From positions 62,001 through 126,000 of the IMG/VR virus record IMGVR_UViG_3300042922_000643: a stretch of DNA of 64,000 bases, one strand, 5' to 3'. The notes under the pieces are model-generated. The model ran no database searches and had not been told where the DNA came from. It saw nothing but the letters and a program-made list of their open reading frames with translations. Both the position numbers and the translations under genes were made by a program. How positions within the stretch are numbered: position 1 is the first letter of the stretch; each line of letters begins with the position of its first letter. This document shows, in pieces, positions 18,120 to 28,200 of the stretch.

Positions 18120-19928
18120 TTATACGCTACCTTCTTTAAACACGATCCTGAGGCTGTAGTCTTCAAGAATAGGCGTAAAGGAAGGCGCATTTGTAATTGT
18201 CGTTGGACGTTGCAAAATGACTTTAAGTCGAACCGCTGTTGGCGCTGGAGTCACTGTTAGATATTCTTTGTAAAGCTGGAAGGAAGATTGAAGGTCCACA
18301 CTTGCTCCATTCAATTCTATAATCTTCGGAGGGAATGTTTTTCCGCTCATAGGCATCTGATGCATTGGAGAGATTTGAGTCCAGTTCACATCGTCAAAAG
18401 AGACATAGTACTGAATCCAATCATTAGCCTTTTTAAGATCTTGCAAGAAAGCTTCAGGGATCTTTTCATTCGCATATAGCATAACCTCTTTAATCGGTTT
18501 GTCTAGAGTAAACTTTTTCGTTATAAGCTCGCTCTTTTCTACAAATTGATAGCTCATAATATTAATATCTCGAATACCAATCGCATATCTCCAGCCGTCA
18601 AATACTTCAATTGCTTTACGAATGTATTCATTCTGGCCGATTAAATACTTCCCTGTTTCTCCACTAACAACACTTTCAGGAACTTTAGACTCTGGAACAC
18701 GAACAGAACTTTCCTTTTCAGCTCCAGTTGAAGAGTCGATAGTTGTTGTGATCCGTTCATAGTAGGTATGTCCAAAGAGTTCTTTGTAAGACTCTACTTG
18801 ATCGAACACAAACTCTACGTATTTAGCTCTACGTGTTCCGAAACTCCATACCCCTTGCCCTGCAAACTTAGAAGCATTGTAATCATTGCTACCATTAAAG
18901 ACTTCATCTTGACGATAGGTCTGTGGCGTTGTATTGATTTCAGCATTGATAATATAATCCCCGTCAGTATAAAGACCTTTATAATCAAAGCCATCTTCAG
19001 AAGTTCGTATGCTATAGACGATCACCTTACCTGTAGACCCTGTAGGATGATAAGGATTAATGTTTATCCAGTTGATGTCTGCAATTTCTTTCAGTTCGAC
19101 AATGAGCCGTAAACGAAGCCTGTCATTGCTTTCCGTTCCTTTAACCCAATCAAAGTCATAGTTCATAGCAACGTCTACAATCTTAGACTCATCAACATTC
19201 ACCATCTGATATTCAAAGATTGTGTCTGGTCTGCCATCTAATACAACCGAAGCGTCATTATTCGGTGTCTGTTTAAAAATGTAGCTCGCGGCTGCACCTG
19301 TCTGGTCTCCAGTACTTGCTCTCTTAACGATGTGTTGGGTACCCGATTCTCCATCACCTTGCAAGAGCTTGATAGAGGCATCCACGCTTCTGTTCACCGT
19401 ATTAGAACGTCCCAGAGTGACGATACCTTCTCTAGTAGAAATCTGAGCGAGGGCACCCATGACCATAGCAGGCTCTATACCATTCTGGTCAACAAAGCTA
19501 TCTTTGATATAAGTAGAGTCGTCTGTTGTTTCATTAGCAATCAGATTTAGATCATTAGTGAGACCCGTCAAACCATGGATTCGGTTCTCAATCCGCAGAC
19601 GCTCGCTCTGTGCATAATTGAAATGATTAACCAGAGTATCGCCGATACGTTCAATTTCTCCAAAAAGAATTGTTGTATCTGCTACAATTTCATCAATCGT
19701 TTGAGAGTAGTCCTCAATGAAAGGAAGATGCCCTTCGTCCATATACCGCTTAATTGTCAATGGCCGACCAAGATTAACATAGTATCTACGGATTGTTTCT
19801 TGGACTAAGATGGCAACCTGCTCTTTCGTGAAAGCATTACCCATTTGACTTGCCATTCTGGTGAACAAGTATGCAGCTTGCATCTCGATGATCCTAGAAT
19901 TGATATTAGTATTAAACTTGTTACTCAT
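18120..19928 (-). CDS. Virion structural (baseplate-like) protein, paralogous family member
   Basis: Coiled coil, VLDGRPDTIFE, YAIGIRDI strand, C-terminal TPILEDYSL. Confidence 0.7.
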   Translation of the reverse strand: MSNKFNTNINSRIIEMQAAYLFTRMASQMGNAFTKEQVAILVQETIRRYYVNLGRPLTIKRYMDEGHLPFIEDYSQTIDEIVADTTILFGEIERIGDTLVNHFNYAQSERLRIENRIHGLTGLTNDLNLIANETTDDSTYIKDSFVDQNGIEPAMVMGALAQISTREGIVTLGRSNTVNRSVDASIKLLQGDGESGTQHIVKRASTGDQTGAAASYIFKQTPNNDASVVLDGRPDTIFEYQMVNVDESKIVDVAMNYDFDWVKGTESNDRLRLRLIVELKEIADINWININPYHPTGSTGKVIVYSIRTSEDGFDYKGLYTDGDYIINAEINTTPQTYRQDEVFNGSNDYNASKFAGQGVWSFGTRRAKYVEFVFDQVESYKELFGHTYYERITTTIDSSTGAEKESSVRVPESKVPESVVSGETGKYLIGQNEYIRKAIEVFDGWRYAIGIRDINIMSYQFVEKSELITKKFTLDKPIKEVMLYANEKIPEAFLQDLKKANDWIQYYVSFDDVNWTQISPMHQMPMSGKTFPPKIIELNGASVDLQSSFQLYKEYLTVTPAPTAVRLKVILQRPTTITNAPSFTPILEDYSLRIVFKEGSV

Positions 19929-19938
19929 ATGTCACCAC

Positions 19939-21783
19939 CTACTTCATCACTTTGAATTTAAGAGCATATTGTAAAACGGTAGGAGAAACAGAGCTAGCTG
20001 CGACCCCGTTACGACGGAGAATAATTTTCATTCGGAAATTAGAAGCCAAGTATTCATACTCTACCGCAATCTCTGCGTTACCATGATTAGTATCTTGGTT
20101 CGTTAAGATATCTGATTTGTTAAATGTTTCAGAGAAGTAGAGCTTATTACCTTCATTCCAGTATTCAAACATTGCATACTGGCTACTTGGTGTCTTACTA
20201 TCCAAAACATAAGGGGCGGGTGACTTCCAAGTTTTCGTTTTATAATCAGTAATGTTTAAAGTATTAACACTCCCATCAACCCCAGTGTACGGAAGGACCT
20301 GAGTTAGCGTAGCCCTATTAGGACCTGCAATAGATGCATTTTGTAGAGTTACGGAGATTGGTCGATACCCCGAAGTATTGGGATTGAAGGTTGTGACTCC
20401 ATTAATAACCTCATAATCAATGTAAGGGTATTTGGAAAGGACTACAGTCTTATTATGATTTGCTCCGTCTTTGAAAACATCCTTCTGTTTGAGACGAGTC
20501 AAACCTTTGCTGTATATATCTACCGTCCATGGATCATCAATCTCCCGATTAGGCGTGTAACTAATGGTATAGATGGAACTAGTAGAACGTTCTTTTGTAA
20601 GTTGCACACTAGTTGCGCCATTGACAAATGCCCAATCATAGAATGGGATACCGTCTTTATAAACCTTTGCTTCAGGATCGCTATAAGTTAAAGCTGGAAA
20701 GCGAAGAGTCGCTGTACGAGCACTATCAAAAATAAGCAACTCGCAAGGGATCATTGTTTGACCTTCAGGAAGAATCGGGTACCAATCTTCTTGTGTAGGA
20801 GTGTTCGCATAAGAGATATAATACTCAATCGAAGTTTGTCGGGAAGTCGCCTCGCCAGAAATCGAATTGAAGTAAGGGTGATCTTCTGTGGCATTCAGAG
20901 ATACCTGCATAACGTTACCATCGATCTGCATTGGCTTGCTTACATAAATGGAGGATGGTAAGTATTCATTACCTCTAATCTGCAAGTCTTTGATGCCATA
21001 GACATACTCATACTTGGTAATCTCTTTCTGTGCTTCCTTCGTGAACTGAGGCTCATCTCTTAAGGTGGGGGGAGCTTGCAACGGCGCTGATGGCGCTTCA
21101 GGCTGAGGAGGTGTATAAGGAGTAGAATGATAAGAGTAGGACACGTTGGCGCTTGTAGTGCCTGTGACATACCCCCATATCGAGTTGGTTTCCATACCTC
21201 CACTGTTTTCCCCAGCGAAGTACCAGCTATTTGGATTCACGTACCAGTCGGCAACATTTTGACCGTTACCGTTTGTGGTATTTAGTTTGTTTCCATTAGC
21301 GTCATACATGTCCTTGCCGATTTGTGTATCAACAAGGCCATCGTTATCCCAATCGAGATTCGCTGGTGGTCGGTAAGTGTAAGACCCTGTATTCAATTCA
21401 TTTGGACTGTAGTTGACAGCTTGATCCAAAGTGTTTGTGTAAGCTGTATACGTAGTCACACCAACCTGAGCGGCCTGAGCACGAGCAGCTTCTGCTGTAG
21501 CATGTGCGGCGGCCATAGCTGCTCTATCTCCACGCTCGTATGCATCTTGGTAGGCTTGCTTTGCTGCTACAACTGTGTCATTAATTTGCTGCGCTGTCTG
21601 CCAGTTAGTCGCAGATGAACTTGATGTTGTAGAACCATTTGTTGTTTGAGTTGTGCTGCTGGACGTGGTGCTTACCACTGTACCAACCACCGTTCCTACC
21701 ACAGTACCAGTTACTGTAGCTGTGACGGTAGGAGTGTAGACGCCGTTCACCGTAGTGCCGACAACATATCCTATAGTAGCCAT
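19939..21783 (-). CDS. Structural protein: low-complexity N-terminus plus C-terminal half of the baseplate-like family
   Basis: T/V/G-rich N-terminus and Pro-rich linker, then YVYGIKDL...VSLNATE...IEYYIS...SPTVLQYAL. Confidence 0.7.
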   Translation of the reverse strand: MATIGYVVGTTVNGVYTPTVTATVTGTVVGTVVGTVVSTTSSSTTQTTNGSTTSSSSATNWQTAQQINDTVVAAKQAYQDAYERGDRAAMAAAHATAEAARAQAAQVGVTTYTAYTNTLDQAVNYSPNELNTGSYTYRPPANLDWDNDGLVDTQIGKDMYDANGNKLNTTNGNGQNVADWYVNPNSWYFAGENSGGMETNSIWGYVTGTTSANVSYSYHSTPYTPPQPEAPSAPLQAPPTLRDEPQFTKEAQKEITKYEYVYGIKDLQIRGNEYLPSSIYVSKPMQIDGNVMQVSLNATEDHPYFNSISGEATSRQTSIEYYISYANTPTQEDWYPILPEGQTMIPCELLIFDSARTATLRFPALTYSDPEAKVYKDGIPFYDWAFVNGATSVQLTKERSTSSIYTISYTPNREIDDPWTVDIYSKGLTRLKQKDVFKDGANHNKTVVLSKYPYIDYEVINGVTTFNPNTSGYRPISVTLQNASIAGPNRATLTQVLPYTGVDGSVNTLNITDYKTKTWKSPAPYVLDSKTPSSQYAMFEYWNEGNKLYFSETFNKSDILTNQDTNHGNAEIAVEYEYLASNFRMKIILRRNGVAASSVSPTVLQYALKFKVMK

Positions 21784-21793
21784 TAATCCACCT

Positions 21794-23146
21794 CTATTCT
21801 AAAGCATTTTTAACTGCGGTATAGTAAGCTCCATAACGATTGTATGAGCTATTGTACTGGCTCACTAGAGACTGATAGGCGCTGTATGCGGTTTGATACC
21901 GAACAACATCTGTTTCGTACACAGCCTTCGCTGCATTATAATTCTGTAGATCTATTACGTATTGAGCGTAGTCGGATTCATATTTGGTTAGTTCATCTTG
22001 ATAGATATCCCAACCACTATAAGTATCAACATCTGTTTGAGAAACGGTTACATTAGATGTTGTTGCTAGGGTAACTTCGGTCTCACGTTTACTGATCTTA
22101 TCCCAAAGGTCGGATTTTGAAATTTCTTTTTCACGAACCAGATATGTATTCTTGGTATAGTTCTTTTGTCGAATAACGAATGTAAATCGTTTTGCAATAA
22201 TACTTGGAAACTGGAATACCATTGTTTGGACTGATTCCTTTGGTTCAGTCACTAGACCTTTAATAGGATGATATGTTTCTACGTCTTCTTCATATCCAAT
22301 GGACACAATCTCCATAGGGTAAGTTGTGAAAGGTGTAATTGAAATTTCGCTTACGATTTCAGGTCTTAGTAGAGTCATCGTAAATTTCACTAGAGCTCCA
22401 CCAGCTTCTACGTCTCCCATTCCAACATTCAAAGGTTCATCTGTGAGAACAATTTCTCCCCAATACGAATCTTTAGAGTCATCAATAGCATTAGCCACAG
22501 GGTAAGAACTTTGAGTCTCAGGCATACCGCGCTGATCGGTGCGTAAGAAAGTAGCTACAGCACGACCACTACTATCATGAACTCTGTCGTTATCAGCGGT
22601 TTTAGATAGACATAAGTAGCTCTTATCATTATTCTTTTGAATTGTAGCTGTCGGAATCTCACTACCGTCTCTATCTTTAAAGAGATAAGGGTACTGAGCC
22701 CGATCTGTTTCCATGTCTGTTGTATTTGTGAAATCGAAGCTCTTTACAATCAGGCCGTCTTCACCTTCTGCGACAAGTCTAAGGCTGCTGATTCGTTCTC
22801 TCAAAGCTTTGACTTCGCTGTCTAGTGAAGATAGTGTTCCATCATATAGACGCTCATAGCTACTAAGAGCTCGTTCTACAAGGTCCGCTTCTGCGAACAT
22901 AACGCCCAGATCCATTTGGAAATTACCAAAGAATTGATTATAGAATCTAGAACTTACTCTCTCACCTTGCTGAACAAACTCTGTTTGCTGTTCATGGTCT
23001 TCAGCAATACGCCGAATAATTTCAGTGAATTCACTTTCGCTAATGGACTCCCCAGTAGTTCCGCCATTTGTTTTAATGATCTCTTGAATCTTATTTCGTT
23101 GCACCTGTGGAAGAATATCTAAGTATCCTTCGAGGTAATTCTTCAT
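21794..23146 (-). CDS. Structural protein: N-terminal half of the baseplate-like family plus Tyr-rich coiled coil
   Basis: Coiled coil, NAIDDSKDSYW, FTFVIRQKNY, then a Y-heptad coiled-coil tail. Confidence 0.7.
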   Translation of the reverse strand: MKNYLEGYLDILPQVQRNKIQEIIKTNGGTTGESISESEFTEIIRRIAEDHEQQTEFVQQGERVSSRFYNQFFGNFQMDLGVMFAEADLVERALSSYERLYDGTLSSLDSEVKALRERISSLRLVAEGEDGLIVKSFDFTNTTDMETDRAQYPYLFKDRDGSEIPTATIQKNNDKSYLCLSKTADNDRVHDSSGRAVATFLRTDQRGMPETQSSYPVANAIDDSKDSYWGEIVLTDEPLNVGMGDVEAGGALVKFTMTLLRPEIVSEISITPFTTYPMEIVSIGYEEDVETYHPIKGLVTEPKESVQTMVFQFPSIIAKRFTFVIRQKNYTKNTYLVREKEISKSDLWDKISKRETEVTLATTSNVTVSQTDVDTYSGWDIYQDELTKYESDYAQYVIDLQNYNAAKAVYETDVVRYQTAYSAYQSLVSQYNSSYNRYGAYYTAVKNALE

Positions 23147-23159
23147 GATCTCACATCCT

Positions 23160-23504
23160 TTAGATTAGCTTTAGGTTTCCTTTTACGCCCTCAACCCAAG
23201 GGGAGACTCCTCCATCGCTCTCCAGAGATCGTATCCTTACTTTTTGTGTTTCACCAATAACAGAATCTGTTTGGGTATAAACCCATTCTCCACCATTGGC
23301 ACGAACTCGGAATGAATCAATCAGAGTTTTTGCAGGAACTTCAATTCGTTCTTGATTCATCACAACGAAAGGATATGCTTCTTCGCCACGAGTCCGCATT
23401 TTATACCTAACATAAGGACCGATAGCTTGATCACTACCCGTCCCCATATTGTAACGTCCATATTTTGCAATCCTACCATATTTGAATCTTCCGTATTTCG
23501 GCAT
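23160..23504 (-). CDS. Small structural protein with KYG repeats
   Basis: MPKYGRFKYGRIAKYGRY; ATG 23504 with GGGTGA RBS. Confidence 0.7.
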   Translation of the reverse strand: MPKYGRFKYGRIAKYGRYNMGTGSDQAIGPYVRYKMRTRGEEAYPFVVMNQERIEVPAKTLIDSFRVRANGGEWVYTQTDSVIGETQKVRIRSLESDGGVSPWVEGVKGNLKLI

Positions 23505-23555
23505 CGTATCACCCACATTATAAAAATAGGGGACCTCCATGGGCCCCCTTGATAT

Positions 23556-23816
23556 TTATCCCAATCTAGCTTTGAACATTTCAACCGCTTGTTGGGCGAC
23601 TCGCGTGTCTCGCAATTGATCGGAAACCGTTCGAGTCAGTGACTCAATCTGAATCGGTTCAAGCTCCTGCGCCCCCTCAGGCACGTTCAGCTGGATGCCA
23701 CCATTACTTAGAACTCTGATATGTAGTTCGGCGGTAACCTCAGGCTCTGCAACTTGGTCAGGTGTGACCCCTTCCTCTGGTACTACTGGTAACTGTGTAA
23801 TTTCTGGCTTCGACAT
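23556..23816 (-). CDS. Hypothetical protein
   Basis: GGGAGG RBS; first gene after a promoter motif. Confidence 0.75.
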   Translation of the reverse strand: MSKPEITQLPVVPEEGVTPDQVAEPEVTAELHIRVLSNGGIQLNVPEGAQELEPIQIESLTRTVSDQLRDTRVAQQAVEMFKARLG

Positions 23817-23850
23817 TATTATTATCCTCCCTAGACCTCTTTATATTTTG

Positions 23851-23880
23851 ATGCTAACCATATTGAGTGAATAAAGTCAA
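23851..23880 (-). promoter_or_regulatory. Candidate late promoter
   Basis: TTGACT-N18-TAGCAT with GGT immediately before the -10. Confidence 0.55.
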
Positions 23881-24231
23881 TCAGTGTACCGTAAGAATTT
23901 CAAAGATAATGTGTTCTTCTCGTTCCATGTCGCCATTAGCAAGTGGACGCTCTTCAAGAAGGTAGAACTTGAAGTTCGCATCGAAGGATCGGATCAAGTA
24001 TTCTTCCCCACCGATCTCTTCATATATCTTGATTGCACACTTGCGTATACTAGATACTTTCCTAGCATTATCGACATCATAGGTCAGCAAGTTCAATGGT
24101 TTGATAATCGTAAGTGTGATTGCTCCCGAGGATTCTACTCGGTAGCTGCTGCTTTTAAAAGGACTCTCGTAGTAGTAAGTTACTGCTGGCTGCTTTGATG
24201 TATCGATAATTTCAATTCGCATTGTACTCAT
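23881..24231 (-). CDS. Hypothetical protein (possible fibre-associated chaperone)
   Basis: GAGGAGAGG RBS; follows a tail fibre gene; function inferred from position only. Confidence 0.65.
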   Translation of the reverse strand: MSTMRIEIIDTSKQPAVTYYYESPFKSSSYRVESSGAITLTIIKPLNLLTYDVDNARKVSSIRKCAIKIYEEIGGEEYLIRSFDANFKFYLLEERPLANGDMEREEHIIFEILTVH

Positions 24232-24262
24232 TACCGATCCTCTCCTCGTTAATTAATGTATG

Positions 24263-25297
24263 CTATGTAGCGTACATATCGTTTCCTACAGGAATGACTA
24301 GCTTTCTACTGATGCGCACACTCTTGTCTCCATACACACCAAGAAGTGGAAGGTATGCTTGAGAGCTATCTCCCCAGTAAGTTGATGCTTCAAAGATCGT
24401 ACTTGCATTACCTCCCCACCTAGTAGCGACAATCATTCCATGATGTCCTGCACCATCATTATTATTCTCTATATAAGCAGCTGTAGTACCTGTACTGACA
24501 CCACCAGGTCTTGGCATAGCATTAGTACCTAATAAAGATGTAAGTCTTCCAATAGGACCAGAAGTTCCCGCCGACATACTTCCATCCGTAGCAATTGTGC
24601 CATACCCCGCATAGATACTCTTACCGTTATAGGTACGCATCCACGTGCTATCTGTCATTTGCCATCCACCACCGTGAGTTTGATGGTAAAAAACTTCAGA
24701 TCCATTTACTCGAAACGATCCTGTGATAAGATTTAGTCCAGAAGTATCTAGGGTAAAATATGTCGCCGTACCATTATGACTTTCAAATGTCATTGCAGGA
24801 GCACCAACATATAGACGGTTTGATCCTGCCAAGAGGTGCATATTACCATTGGCATCGGAAGGACGAAGCCAGCTTGTTCCTGAAGCATTTTGAATCCCAA
24901 CGTTCTTGTTGTTAGGCATTACAATAGTTCCTGCGTCCATACTAATATTGCCTTCTTTAGTGACAGCTAGCACACTTCCACCAAGTCCATTACCGACGAC
25001 AAATGTTGGAACTGTAGTTGCGCCTGGGTTTCCGCTATTCCAGTTGATATAGACACCATGGCCTGTTCCTGCATCTAAGTGAAGGTTACCATTACTAGTA
25101 AAGACATTCGCTGTTGTGGTATTAGCTATTGGAGAGTCACCCCCAACTATGAGGGTGCCTCCATAAGCAGTATTTGGTCCAAACTTCATTCGCTTACTGG
25201 CAGTAAAATTGATGTTACCCATCATGTAAATCTCGGGCATCCCTGTATGCATAATAGGATACCCTGCAATTGTAGATCCGCCTTCTAGTAAAGCCAT
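24263..25297 (-). CDS. Tail fibre protein
   Basis: Gly/Asn/Thr-rich; NGNLHLDA motif; HGGGWQMTDSTWMRTYNGKSIY (PilV/fibre-type motif); ends in LVIPVG. Confidence 0.8.
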   Translation of the reverse strand: MALLEGGSTIAGYPIMHTGMPEIYMMGNINFTASKRMKFGPNTAYGGTLIVGGDSPIANTTTANVFTSNGNLHLDAGTGHGVYINWNSGNPGATTVPTFVVGNGLGGSVLAVTKEGNISMDAGTIVMPNNKNVGIQNASGTSWLRPSDANGNMHLLAGSNRLYVGAPAMTFESHNGTATYFTLDTSGLNLITGSFRVNGSEVFYHQTHGGGWQMTDSTWMRTYNGKSIYAGYGTIATDGSMSAGTSGPIGRLTSLLGTNAMPRPGGVSTGTTAAYIENNNDGAGHHGMIVATRWGGNASTIFEASTYWGDSSQAYLPLLGVYGDKSVRISRKLVIPVGNDMYAT

Positions 25298-25298
25298 A

Positions 25299-28200
25299 CT
25301 ACAGCACCTGCCCTTCTATAATATTCCCTAGTACTTTCGTTTGTCCACTCTTATCGAATCTCATTTTCGTGTCCCACATTGCATTTAGATCTGCGGTAGA
25401 GATTAGTCTCGGAGCAATAAACAAATTCTTGCAATAGGAATCCCAGCAATCTTCATCCCACGAGTATCCACCTACTCTTACGATACCATTAAGACCAGCC
25501 ATTGTTTGCCCAGTGCAATTGGAAGTATAAATTGCTCCACTGGCTCCATAGATTTCCGCGGTCATCACATCTGTTGTGGAGTTATACTTTAAGACATACA
25601 AAGCCCAATCCTTATAATCTTGTTCAGATAGTGCAGAGCCACTACCATATTTGCTGACATAAGTCGTAGCAGTATTGCTATATCCTACAAGTTGCCAGCT
25701 AGCTACAGTTGCAGTAGCTCCCCACTTAAACCCAATACAAGCATCTGACTGACCAAGTACGTAGTAGTCTCCGACTGCAATCGGAACAAATCGGTTTCCT
25801 GTCGTCGTTGTCATACTCCAAATATTAGGCTTCGCGATTACCCCTACGGTCCAATCATTATTTGCATTTATGATGGAAGGAACTGTGTACTTTAAGATAC
25901 TATCTCCAACAGTTGTGTTTGGTGGAATCGATGGATTCTGATAAGGGAGATTTGTGGAGTTCGTCCATTGTACCCCATTAATATAGAGTTCACCAGCATT
26001 TGCAGAGTACCCCCATGAGGGTCCATCCACAAGCAGAGCTCCAGTATAAGCTTCTGATGCCTTGGATGTTCTCCAGAAGTAATGCCATTGCCCGTCAGCA
26101 ATGATAGAAGCATCTCCAGCAATCGTAGTAAAGATTGCGCGTGTCCAGTCAGAGGTGTAGAGACCAGCCGCAGTAAAAGCAGTGACTCCAGCAGCAGCAG
26201 ATGTCTTATACCATCCTGATACAGTTACATAGCTATCTGCTGTTACGGTGAAGAGTGTTCCATATGGTCCTTCCCATCCATGCCACTGGCTTGCCGAACC
26301 TGTCTTGGTGAATTTCCACGTCTTGGAATTTGGAATAGGCCCTGGCTCTGTTAGAGTGACATCAGTAATAATGCCACCATTATTCGTCCAAGGAGCTACA
26401 TCATAAAATAGATTCTTAAAAGAAGCTCCAATGAATACTCCGTTCTGATCATAGATAGTATTTGTTTCAGTGGTTGGCGGATTCAGATGGTTAATATCTA
26501 GAGAATCTACAGTAAGTGGATAGAACAAATCTCCACCTTGTAAACCCATAGGGCCTTCTACAATCCCTTTTGTGATAAGATCTCCGCTAGCCTTCAGTGA
26601 GCTCTTTGGTTTTGCAAGTGCAGAAATCTCTTCCGTATTTAGATTCCTATTGTAAACCGCTAGATTACTAATGGGTCTGTTGGCAGGAGAGCTATTTGTA
26701 CTTGTATCGTAGAACTTCATTCCGCCTACACGGGTTGTTGGCGTTGTTGCGCCCTCGCGGTTGATGAGGAATAAGAGTCTTACGTATCTTGTGCCATATC
26801 GGAACAAGCTTCCTGATCCACCGCCTACACCTGTTATAGTTCCCGTGTACTGCGTCCAGCTCGTTGGCACGGTTACGTTACCTGCGGCGATGTAGTTATA
26901 TCCGCCGCCGTCAGTAGAACAAGCCACCGCTGTTCCAACAGGAAGTGTTGTTCCCGTCCAAGCACTTGCGAGTGTGATCGTTTTTGCTGTGGTATTCAGG
27001 GTAACATAACCTACTGTTCCATCTGAGTATGTATAGTTCTGGTAGTTTCCTGTGATCCACCAAGAGAATTGCTTCGAGTAATGATAGACTCCAGCGGTTC
27101 CTGCCGCCCATCCCGTTGTGCTTGTTAGATACACTACGGTATCTCCTGGCTTCAATGCTTGAGCTAATGTGGTAAGACCCGCGTGAGTGACTCGGTTGTG
27201 CGGAATAACCGCTTTGTTCTTATCAAAGCAGATTACTCCATAGTAGAGTTTACTGGTTGCGGCCATTCCTTTGAACCATCCCGTTAGAGTATAGGGTCTA
27301 GTTGGGTCTACGGGAATATACTCATCAGAATATACCGTAGAGTCTGCACTTGTTCTAGATAAGCAACCTGCTTGCCCATCTGGACTATCTCCAGCTACAT
27401 ATACAAAGGAACTGAAGTTGGTATTATCACCTAAGTTAGCTGATCCATTCTTAATCAGGTTATTATTTACGCCATTTCCTACTCGCATATATTCAATGTT
27501 TGTGGCGTCAATCACAGGAACAGCGACCCCACCATAGCTTCCAGGCATCATAACCCCATCTATCCATAGCTCAAGACGAGTGGGCATAGAGATGACTACG
27601 AAGTGATGAACGCCATCGGTCTGAACAGGAGCAGACACTTCTTTGTAATTCGTAAGACCAGTACCTGAGCGTAGACGGAATGTGCCATCACCCAGCTGGT
27701 GAAGAGATAGAACATTCAAATCCATTGATCCATTATCGAATGAAAAGAGGGCCTGCTCAGATCCTGTAACCGTACGAGAATCTACTTCATAGTCAAGGGA
27801 TATACTAATCGGAGCCGTTGGTTTAAATGGTATCGAAGTGACACTTGCGGTAGGATATGATCGACTACCTATCACATAGGAAGTAGAGAATTGTCTCGGT
27901 TCCATTTGCGGTGCGCACAACCACATCCGCTTGCCTGACGGAATACTAATTACAAAGTCTAGTGAGTCCGTGTCATTGTTAACCTCTGTTCTTACGAAGT
28001 TAAAGACGCATCTCTTCCATCCTTCTTCAGGGTCAACTTGGATTTGGTTTGTCCACTTACCATGGTTCTCTCCAGCAGCAGCAGTAAGTCCTTGGATCTG
28101 TCCAGGAGCTTCTGTCTTCACATAAACTGAGATTGTGTAATCTGTTACGTCAGCCTGAGGAGAGTAATCACCGTAAGAGTAATACCATCCGCTACCACCA

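Noticed and set aside
24600-24700. PilV shufflon-like motif suggesting an invertible tail-fibre system
   Set aside because: No recombinase, opposite-strand alternative 3' cassettes or sfx-like repeats seen; the motif also occurs in ordinary fibres.
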